This document shows, in pieces, positions 53,540 to 64,000 of a stretch of 64,000 bases of DNA (the first letter of the stretch is position 1; each line of letters opens with the position of its first letter). The position numbers were made by a program, and so were the translations under genes. The DNA is from Octopus vulgaris. Lineage: Eukaryota. The DNA lies in contig OX597814.1 in NCBI GenBank assembly GCA_951406725.2, positions 42,036,001 to 42,100,000 of the forward strand, read 5' to 3'. A model generated the notes under the pieces. It did no database searches. It was not told where the DNA came from and was given only the letters and a program-made list of their open reading frames with translations.

Positions 53540-54676
53540 TTAGGTTGTTCCGAAAATAATGGCAGATTTCCATAAACAATTTTATTCTGCAAAAGCTAAA
53601 AACAGAAATTTATTGATAATTTAAATTATGAGCCCTGAACATCTATGCACTTCTGCCATTGATCAACGAAATTATCTATGTCTTTTGATAAAAGCTCATT
53701 GGCATTGATGCTAAGAACTCTTTGAAAGGTGATTCCACCTCTAGTTTGAAGCTGAAAGTCTTATCACTTAAAAACCGTGTTAAAATGCTTGCTAAAATGG
53801 TCGTCATTGGGTGAAAGATGAGGAGAATATGGGGGATATAGCAAAATCGTGTATCTCAAGTTTGTGAGTTTCTGCAGCGTCATTCGTGCAACATGTGGCT
53901 TTGCATTATCATGCAGCAGAATTGGGTCACGCAGGTCTCAATTTTTGCAAGTGAGCATACATTGCAGTGAGTTGATTGCAGTAAACCTCTGTTGTAATGC
54001 TCTGATTGGCTTCCAGAAATCTGTAATGGACAACGCCAAATGCAGACTCCCAGACAGTCACCAAATTCTTTTGCTGATGCAAATTTAGGGGGCTCATCAT
54101 GATCCAGTCACTGACCTGATCGTTTACGGTTATGATAGATGATTCACTTTTCGTCCTAAGTGATTATTCTCCCAGAAAGAGAATCAAGCACACTTCAAAA
54201 CACCGAACGTTTTGATTTTATTGAGCACATGCGGTACCCATTTATTGAGCTTTTTCACATTACCAATCTTCTGTGGATTTCGTGAGGTCGTTGCAATGCC
54301 AACACCAAGTTCCTGGGACATTTCTTCTGACGTTTTGACGTGGATTTTGTTCAAAAATTGCTTTCAATTGCTCATCGTCAAAACTACATGACCGTCCTCT
54401 ACCTTCTTCAAAGTCAATGCTCTGAAACCACTTTCGTACTGTGCGATACACTCTGGGACCCCCTTTCCATGCTCTGTTGATATTGGCAGCAGTTTGCGAG
54501 GCATTGTACCCAAGCTTGAACTCATGTAAATAAAGTGTTCATAATTAAGGTAGCCTATACTTCAAGAATGCTTTCTACCTGAAATAAGTAGAATATTATT
54601 AAAGTGCAAACGTCAGTTATTAAATATGTCCAAAATTCACTTACCGAGAGCAGCCATTATTTTCGGAACAACCTTA
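53540..54676 (-). mobile_element. Mariner (DD34D) transposon, TIR-to-TIR with TA TSD; transposase pseudogenised
   Basis: TIRs TTAGGTTGTTCCGAAAATAATGGC (53540-) and GCCATTATTTTCGGAACAACCTTA (-54676), with TA on both sides. Peptides RTVRKWF...GR...DDEQLKAI.EQNP and LLHDNAKPH...YPPYSPHLSPND; 34 residues separate the last two D. Confidence 0.93.
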
Positions 54677-54794
54677 TATTTGTAAATGCATTTATACTTA
54701 TATATACATACATACACGCACGCGCACGCACACTCGCAACACGCACACTCGCACACACGCACACACACACACACACACACACTCATACACACAC

Positions 54795-55670
54795 TAACAA
54801 ATGCGAAACTTTACAAAACAACCGCGAAACCAACGGTTGTAAAATGTGGACGCCCGAACTGTGGAACCTGCCCCAACTAGCTTGAAGGCTCGGATTTCCT
54901 TTTATAACAAGGACAGAGGTTCACAATTAAAACTAATTTCACCTGTGCCTCTGAGAATCTAATTTATGTAATAACCTGCTCGGGTTACGGTCATCAGTAC
55001 ATTGGACAAACAACTTTATCTTTGAGAAAGAGAATTGCTCTGCATAAGGAACAAATCTGTTTCCCGCAATACAGACAAATTCCTCTCAGTGAACACATAG
55101 AAAAATGTGCAGGTAACATCAAACCAAATTTCACAGTCTTCCCTTTCTACTAGTTCAAGACGCAATCTCTCAACTAGAACGCTTAAATAAAGAAACTTTT
55201 TTCATTGAAAAATACAAAACACGTCTTAATATGCACGCATAACCAACTTTTAAATTTTTACATATTACATTACTGTACATAAATCCCCTACTAAACAAGG
55301 GCTTTTTAAAAAACCTGTCTCTTTTCTGTACACATATTTATCCCTCACCAATTATCAAAACCTGAACAGTTATCTTCCTTACACACAACAATAACAATAA
55401 TAACAACCAATTACCTCCCTTTATTTGTCTACTTGTGAAGTCATTCACTCGTGAATTTCATCACACACAAGATGGACCAAACTTCGTCTTAAGAAAAAAT
55501 ATATATACAAATAAATTAAACATTATATCATGAATAGCGATAGCGAAACCGGTCCATATATTAACAATTATATTAAAACCATGTAAATGTGCGTATTTTC
55601 CTTTTTTAATTTCTAATATACATTACAACCCACCACCTGGGGACAACCGAAATTCCTCTTTTCTGTTACT
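54795..55670 (+). mobile_element. Penelope-like element 3' part: Cys motif + GIY-YIG endonuclease + pseudo-LTR with decayed HHR
   Basis: One frame reads KCGRPNCGTCPN*...FTCASENLIYVITCSGYGHQYIGQTTLSLRKRIALHKEQI...LSEHIEKC, followed by RLNKETFFIEKYKTRLN. HHR-like GC(GATA)GC-GAAAC-CG-GTC at 55537-55554. Confidence 0.88.
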
Positions 55671-55926
55671 ACTATATATATATATATATATATATGCTAA
55701 AAAGAAGATGAAACTACAGTACAGGAATAGCTGAGATGGTAAACGTTTTTAATTTTCACTCCATATCATGAATTTATCCCATTCTTGTGTATCTAGCACT
55801 TGCTTCTTTATTTGGAACCCTTTTAATGTATTTATATATGAATAACGTATGTTCTAATGACTAATTCGTCTTTTGTGCTAGGTCACTGGTAATAAGAATT
55901 TATTTTTATTACCCTATTTACTATGT

Positions 55927-55967
<41 letters not shown>

Positions 55968-58145
55968 ACGTATGTGCGTGTATGTGTGTTTTGATGAGAA
56001 TGCGTGCTCCTTTATTATGTTTTTTATATGTTTAAATTCATCCATTACACATGGATCCTTCTGCATGTGTGTATGGGTATGTGCACGCGTATTTCGATTT
56101 AATTGATATATATATATATATTTCTCCGTCATATATTCTTCTTTGTTTTCTCTTTTCGTTTTTGTTTTTGCAATTGCCTCCCCTACCCCTGGCCAATTTT
56201 TTGAGTGGAGAAATTTATTTGGACACACCGGCCTACAATGTCTTTGATCGCTGTGTCTCTCTAAATAAATCTCTTTGGTTTTCTCTCTGCTTTTACTCTC
56301 AAACATAGTCTTTTTCATCGGCTTAAACCAGATATTAAGATACAAATATATAAACAAGCACAATTATTCTTGAGTGCTTAAGAATTTCCTTTTGGAAGAA
56401 TAAAGTTATTGTTCTGTGTACGACACAATGAACAAGGATTTAAGTTTTAACTGAATTCTTTCTGAATATGATATTGGTGGACACAAAGGAGAACCCTTTG
56501 TATGTAAACCCACCTTGGGTATATGCTGGTGCATATGTTTGGTCCATTCTGTAATAATTAAAAGGCTTGTGATATGATATATTTCTTAAGAATTACATTT
56601 GAAAGTTTGTATCACCTGGTCAATGGTGTTATTACAATCATTTCTAATTCTCGAGTAGTGCCATGAACGTTTAGTTGGAATCAATAAACATCCTTTCTCT
56701 TCTTCATCAACTCTGATACAAAATTCTTTAAAAAATAATGATCGATTTATTAGTTGTAAGCTTTTTCATAAATATAACGCTTATTTTATTTAGATAAAAA
56801 AAAAAGTAAATGGAATGTATGCATAATTTTAAATGAACAAGAAATAAAAAATAATTAATGAAATATATTTGAAAGGTCACTAGAATATTCATTTACTTTT
56901 GTTTTATTTTCATGTTACCACCATTTTGTTTCATCACAACTACTTGTAAGCCCCATATTCACATTTTGCTTCAATTTTGTAGAACGACAGGAGAATAATT
57001 AATAATAATCCAGGAAATATATTTGATTTATTTTTATATATAAGGTTTGGTTACGTTTCAATTGAATTTAGTGTTTTGATATTTCAAAACTACTATAATC
57101 GATAAAGTTTGTTATGTTTCATGGTGTGAGTATTTTCGAAAACATAAATGAAATTAGTATTGGTAGCTAGATCAATACCAGATAAACTTTTGCCTGCAAA
57201 CTTAGCTCATCGGGAAATTTTACGGAATATAATTGAAAAATTCAAAGTCATCATTAGTTTCTTCTGCTAAAGATACATTATTAGCTTCGAACTGGTATAA
57301 CAGATATTAAAGTTATTGCAAATGAATAGGTCGTTTTTAAATATGGTGTGGAAACCTAAATCTTATATATTCCCCTATAGACATTATTGGCTACATGTTA
57401 CGTATGCGCAGCTGAAAATTTGCGCGTACTATTTTTTAATAATCTAATTTCCGACTTCTTATTCCCAATATTTTTACATTTCCTTTAATATAATCAATAT
57501 TTGCGATCTACATCCGTTCTACTCATTATAGAGGATGGCGTTATGAGGTATGCTTGTTAACAGGGGAAATCGGAAATGTAAAACAATTTTAAGACTTTTT
57601 CTTTAGAAATTGCCTTTCATCATGCTAGGAACTGTAACAATTGTAACAGATATGCGAATCTATTCATTAAACAATAAACCTTGCTTACAAATCCTATTTT
57701 GCAGAACTCAAAACGAACGTAAAAACGCCTCCCTTCCTGATACACATTTTAAGAATTACATTAATGATTTTTATGTCGATTCATTCCATAAAGGATTACA
57801 TCAATGTCTGGCTGTTTCCTTTGATATAAATATACTGGCAATTGGTAGGTAGGATAAACAGTAGAATGGTACCATAAATTTGTTAGAATATGTAATTTTG
57901 TACTTAGACATGCTGATTTCCAATTACAGCAAATAATGCTTATCATCAGAAGCATGTATAGGATAGGTACTTCTAATATACAAGGTCTGATACAAATCGC
58001 ATGTATTTTCACTACCTGGTAAATGTGTATTAACTGTAAAATTACAGAGAAATGGCAGTTGCGAAACAACGTTATGTTGAATGGCATGCGACATTATAAT
58101 TACGTAACACTGGTCTTGAATGATTTTCATTTCATATCTTGAACT

Positions 58146-58147
<2 letters not shown>

Positions 58148-58227
<80 letters not shown>

Positions 58228-58252
58228 TAATAATAATGATGATGATGATGAT
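58148..58252. repeat. (AAT)n(GAT)n microsatellite
   Basis: Read directly. Confidence 0.95.
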
Positions 58253-58791
58253 GTTTCTCGCGTTGCAATACGGTGAAAACTTTTGCTGATTTTGTCGTAC
58301 TCGATTCCAATCAATACCCATTCCTGAAAGTCACTCATATTATCGACCATACAGCAGTGATACACAATTTCCTTGTAAGAAGATCTGGCTAAATTTTGCC
58401 GTCATTTAGACATAACAAGCAGCAATAATAATATATTACGAACAAAGTAATCTTAATTAGTACAGACGGTCCTCAAATCAAGTTTCCGTTGAATCTCAGC
58501 GTTTTCATTTTCTTAAGAGGAAATTAAAGGGGAGAGAAAACGCAGGTCAGCTTGCAAGTCGAGGCACTACTCGTCAGAATACATGTAGAAATCTAACGGA
58601 AGACCATTGTTTCCATTTGTTTATTAGTTTCCCTTTTCCTCTCTGTGGCCTAACTCTTCCACGCTTAATCTGTATGTTACCGTATATGTAATTATACATA
58701 TGCATGCATATATACATTCGCACATACATATATATGTATGTATGTATATGTGTATGGGTGTGTGTAAATATCTATATATATATGTATATAA

Positions 58792-58825
<34 letters not shown>

Positions 58826-59145
58826 TTGTGTGTGCATGTATATCTAAATTTATACACGCACACACACACACACACATGCATTATATGTATACGCGTTTGT
58901 TCAAGCGCCGCTTGTCACTCACTATGAGGTGTGCATACGACCCCGTAAATTAGCACTTGGGCAAACACTCCAATAGAATAAGCAGCAACCTGAAAAACAA
59001 AAAGTTGAATCGATTTCTTGGACTATTAAAGATACATACCAATGATTGAAGTATATAAAACTAATGAAAAACGATAAACATATATATTCATATATATGAA
59101 TATCTATAGGCGAAAAGATCGACACATATATCTAGGTATATGCAT

Positions 59146-59645
59146 CAGGTCATCCCATATATTCTGTCCGGTTTTACTTTCTTAAAAATTGAATGAAATT
59201 TACTAGTATTTTAGAATGTCTAATGGAATTGAAAAATATTCTTTATGCCTTTTTTACATTTAAACTAATTAAATATTATACAGAATAGAAGAATTAACAT
59301 TTCTTTGGTTAAAACCCTTTCTAACATGGAAGTATCCAAAGAGCATTTAAGGCACATAATTCTTTAGGAGTACAAAGAAGGAAACTGCAGTTTATGGGAA
59401 AGAATGCTTGTACGAAAGAACTTGCAGAAGATTTTTTGCCAAATTCAGCAGTGGAGATTTCAACCCTGAAGATGAAGATCGAACAGGGCGTCCAGTTGAG
59501 TTTGATGATAAGCTCCATTGCATTATTTGAAGAAAATCCTGCATTACCAGTTCAAGAATTGGCAATAAAGCTTAGTTCAAGTCATATAACTGTTCATCGT
59601 TATCTTCAACAACTTGAAAAGTTTCCTCTAATTGGAATTTGTGTA
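59146..59645 (+). mobile_element. Mariner 5' fragment (TIR + HTH region)
   Basis: CAGGTCATCCCATATATTCTGTCCG TIR-like end; MEVSKEHLRHII...FAKFSSGDFNPEDEDRTGRPVEFD...EENP..PVQELA..L..SH.TV.RYL. Confidence 0.82.
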
Positions 59646-60831
59646 CAAAGTGCAGGATTGTTATTGTATCTTGATATATTCCTTGGTATGTGTTAGTTGT
59701 TAAAGTTTTCTAGAATTTCAGATCATAACAATTTATAAGGCTCACCAAATGGCTTTCGCATGTTGTGCTGATTAGATACATATGGCATATTTCGAAAACT
59801 CGTGTTTCGGAATTTCACACTCCCGATGTAAATTATGTCTATTTATCCTGCGTCTTACTGCATGTTTATGACAACTCGTTAAAATTTTATAAAATAACAT
59901 GCTTAAATCATCGAACCTCATCGTTTCTTCTGTGTACCAGCCTCCACATTTATCTTCTTTGTGTGCGTACGAATTCAATCGACTGTTTTTTTTAGATGCT
60001 CAGCGTAATACCGTCTATCCCACGAGCTTGTTTTTGCGCGCACTCGTTCATGAATGACGTACTGCTAAATTTAATACTGTTGTCATTCTTCCAAATTCTC
60101 AGTTTCGGCCGATAAATTTTATGAGATATATCTTTGTGTCAGAAATAATAGGGCAATCACTTTTGTCCATGTAGGACAGTACTACATTTTACGGTTTCTG
60201 CTGCTTTACCTAATGTTTTGTATTTACCTTTTCCTTATTGAATCGAATGGAGCTAGATATTATTTGAAGAATTGAAATAAACTATCAGGAGGAAATGAAT
60301 ACATTCAATGGGAAAATGAATCTTAAATGGTTACTATAGACGTCGAACTCAAAGTATTACAAACGTACGATGTTCGATGAAGTATTTCAAATGTACGATT
60401 CAGCCAGGCTGTAAAAATATTGAAGATTGAAACGCTATCAATGGGAAAAATTTGCGTACAGTATTCTCCAATTGTACAGGCATACCACACCTTACGTCGT
60501 TAATAGGTTCCAAGAGACACGAATTAAGTTGAAAAACGAATTAAGTAGAATTAACTTGTCTCTAGGCTAAACCGATAATAACCACTCCCACGTTTGTCAT
60601 TTAAGTATGAATGGGTTTTTAATTATACATGGTTTATAAAAACTTATTTTAAGCTTACAAACAAATATTTAATTTTTACTACAGTACAGTAAAAAGAAAA
60701 AGAGTATTCTAATTTTACGAATACAATTTGGTGGTGTTTACGCTACTTCACGGATGCTTTATTTATGAATGCGGTTTCCAATAAGACTATGATAAAATAA
60801 AAGCATGTTTAAGCTTAAAAATCAAATTCAG

Positions 60832-60835
<4 letters not shown>

Positions 60836-60890
<55 letters not shown>
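60836..60890. repeat. (ATT)n microsatellite
   Basis: Read directly. Confidence 0.95.
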
Positions 60891-61089
60891 TGCAGTAATA
60901 AAAATCTAGATTATATTAAATTTACCAATACGTACATGCATTTTGGTGGTGTGCATCGCGGTTGTAGATGGCTGTGTATTGTCAACACCAACAGCTGACT
61001 CTGGCTGTTCTTGTCGCTCGATGCTCTTAAAAAAACACAGTTGAGAGTTTTTTGAACTGTCATATTTTCCTCATGGATTACATCATAAG

Positions 61090-61603
61090 GGGAAAAAGCT
61101 TCGCGACAAGCCCCTTAATATTCGACAAGCGTTGGGCATTTGGACTTATATCCTCGATTATAGAAATGCATTTTTCAATATATGCAAATGCATGCTGCAT
61201 TTTCTTAATGGTAAAGTGACGTGGCTCAAGTTCGATTTCCACTTCTTTATTTTGTTACACATAAAGCTCTATCATATCCTGGTTTCTTCAGGAGCTGCTT
61301 GTCTTTTCCAAATATATTTTTGCAGTCCTCTTCCTCGAAATCCTTTTCCGAATCTTTCCTCGTAGTCACCTTCGCTTTGTTGATAGCAACATTATCGAAC
61401 CCCTCTAAATCATTCACAAATTGATTTTATGCGCTTTAACGGTTTCTAGTAATTTTATGATTCCAATAGTTGTGGCGGACAGACGTAAAGTCGAGTAAAA
61501 CGCCTTAACTAGAATTTTACTTTTTCCTTTCCTTACTTTTGAAAACCGACTTATAATCGAGAAAAACTTAAATGGAAACGCCTTAAGTCGGGGTACGTCT
61601 TTA
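61090..61603 (-). mobile_element. Tigger/pogo-like internally deleted element (transposase C-terminus + one TIR-like end)
   Basis: Minus strand FVNDLEGFDN...EPRHFTIKKMQHAFAYIEKCISIIEDISPNAQR resembles the Tigger1-type tail (..DF.GF; F.....AF..........DPN.ER). End CGCCTTAAGTCGGGGTACGTCTTTA. Confidence 0.6.
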
Positions 61604-63193
61604 TATTGATTTAGCACCAACGGCGTTGCTCCTGAGTGAGACTAATGAAATAACTCTATTTCCAAATAGCAACTCTACAATCAAGGCGTTCTATAAATAA
61701 ATAATCAAATGAATACTGGTCAGCTGCCACAAGAGAAAATTACTCTAAAGATATGAAGTTTTCTCTGCTGAATTTTAGCGATACCTGGCTGAATATATGT
61801 ATACGTCTGGCAATTCACTATAAATAAATATTTCATAGGTAGTACATTGCATGTAATTCACGTATAACTGCAAAAGTTTACAATAAATTTTAAATTTAAT
61901 TTTTACTAATATATTTATTTAATTTTCGTACACACTTATATATAGAAATGTAACTAGTGCTGAACAGTCTGCGCCCAAATTGCTTAGCATGAGTTTCTAG
62001 AACAACAGCAGTTACAAATTCAAACGATCTCGTTAAACTGTTTTACTTAAAGCAATAAACTATTCATCAGACAGTTATTTCTGTGCATACTGACAAAGTA
62101 ATTAAGTCTATCATTGATAATATCCTATGTATGGCTTCGAAATGCACAGATGCATTAAGGAGGCGTAATTATGCTAGAAAGTTCAGGAATATTTGTATGC
62201 AATAATATGAAAATGCCTACATTTGTAAATTGTCTCTAATGCAGATGAAATGCAATAATGTTCTTTACTTGCTGGTGCCTTTGTGGTTTATCAACGAATC
62301 TTTACTTTGATGCATTTGTAGACTGACATAATTGTGTCGAACTTCGTTAGCAATTTTCTAAGTTTTTGTTTTTTTTTAGTTAGCGATTTATTTGGTTGTG
62401 TTTCATATTTCGTTTGAAATATTTTCATTGTGTTCGTAGGATTTTACAATGTTTTAAATACATATTTGTTTCGTGTTTTTATATTTTACAGAGGAAGTTA
62501 TATCTACCTCTTTGTATTAGCGTGTTCTATAATTTCATTATAGGTTGACGATCATTCGTTACGTATGTCTTTACTGAACGAATATTGAAAAAGTATATGT
62601 TATGAATATAATTTAATGGGTGATTTTTAGGAAGTCTATTTTCCCCTGGAAAATCTGTTGGCTTTTTTCAATTAAAGGTTTTATCTATACGCTCTTGTTC
62701 AAAATTTGTTCCACTATATTTGTATAAAATGAACATTTTGAAGTTTCGTTGTTGACTCTGCACATCTATTTATGTGTTCGCTTACAGGTATTTGTGTGTA
62801 TCCTGGGAAGCGAATTTATTCCTTAAGTAAAGTTGATTTCCGTCTTCATGACATGTTTGCTTCTCTTATACATTTGTAGCAGCAATCTCATGAAGTTACG
62901 GTTAGTCATCCATTTATTTAACTCAATTTATTTAATTCGATTTACCCAAAATAAGAAGAGCAGTTACCTCCACTTCTTTTAATTATAAAAATCAGTGATA
63001 ATCCCAACTTAGCCGAAAATTGATTTATCCATCTGTTTACAAATTATTTGTTCTTATATCAACATCGAATGTCTACAAGTAATAATATAGCCTAGAATCA
63101 TAACATGGTCTCTGACTGTTCAGGCACGGGTAGACGAACAAGCGAAACAGATTCACTACGTAAATAAATTACTCCTTAAAAATATTATTTATT

Positions 63194-63378
63194 AGCAGTC
63201 ATGGCTGTGTAGTAAGAATTTCCTTCTCAACCACATGGTTTCGGCTACAGTTCTACTGCGTGAAACCTTGGGCGTGTATCTTCTACTATAGCGTCAGGCC
63301 GACAAAAGCCTTGTCAGTGTATTTGGCAAATGGAAACTATAAGAAGTCTGTCGTATATATGCATGTGTGTGTGTGTAT
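63194..63378 (+). mobile_element. 5' half of tRNA-derived SINE (7777 family)
   Basis: ATGGCTGTGTAGTAAG...CAACCACATGGTTT...ACTGCGTGAAACCTTGGGC...CTTCTACTATAGC...GGCCGACAAAAGCCTTGT. Confidence 0.82.
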
Positions 63379-64000
63379 AAAGATATAATATAAAATATAC
63401 ACAGTATAAAACTACTACGAGGCCTTAATAGTCTCGGGCGTTGGTTACACAAGACGTGTTATAAAAACATCTCTCGACTCGAGCCTCAATTGCATTGAGA
63501 TATTAGTAGATCGTATCTTCGCACTAGGTGCACTAAATTATAAATATTTGTCAGTGGATTAAGTTTATTTTTGTTCTTATTTGAGGTCCATCATATATTC
63601 CTGCCTTCTCCTTCTCGTCACTAACAGAAATTCGAAATTTTCTACATATGTATCGGAAACAGTCTGAACTGTGATCAAAACATTTGATGAATTGCGTAAT
63701 AACACCAAGTTTCAACACAGGTTTTGCAAACTTTTTGGAGAGCCCATGTTTTGTTCAGGTCTCAAAGTGCTATTTTTAAGTGAGCAAGATAACCTTCTTA
63801 ACAGAGTTATAAATGTGAAGTCTTTAAGCCTGTGCAGTGAAGTTTCCCTAGATGCAACAGAAGACATCGCGGTCATTAAAACACGTCATTATTTTAGATG
63901 TTGTATCAATAACTAGACCACACTGGATCAGACTGAATGGAAGAGAAAGGGTTTTAAGGTAAAATTCAGTTTAACATTATTCAAAATTAGTACGAAAATC

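Noticed and set aside
63671-63960. 81-aa ORF / possible exon ending AAG|GTAAAA
   Set aside because: No recognisable domain; cannot be supported without transcript data.

Overview
Very AT-rich, microsatellite-dense eukaryotic non-coding DNA. The SINE families and the (TA)n/(CA)n/(AAT)n load point to an octopod cephalopod intron or intergenic region; this is an inference, not a database result. No intact protein-coding gene is visible: nearly all listed ORFs are microsatellite read-throughs or decayed transposon fragments. Recognisable content: two SINE families (a tRNA-headed SINE with an internal microsatellite, and a Nin-domain-like SINE); at least six decayed R4/Dong-like RLE non-LTR retrotransposon fragments, three stacked head-to-tail in trinucleotide microsatellites and one with a twin-priming-type 5' inversion; Tc1, mariner (one TIR-to-TIR DD34D copy) and Tigger/pogo remnants; and three Penelope-like GIY-YIG remnants. 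The most notable signal is a set of non-coding elements carrying minimal type-I hammerhead ribozymes (HHR) with palindromic helix III. These include a very young 546-bp-period element with 193-bp identical direct repeats (retrozyme-like, 49723-50461) and a tRNA-headed element with an HHR tail plus an inverted tail copy (32703-33068). There is also a duplicated candidate 31-nt micro-exon, one copy lying in a circularly permuted segment enclosed by ~170-bp inverted repeats (14533-16040).
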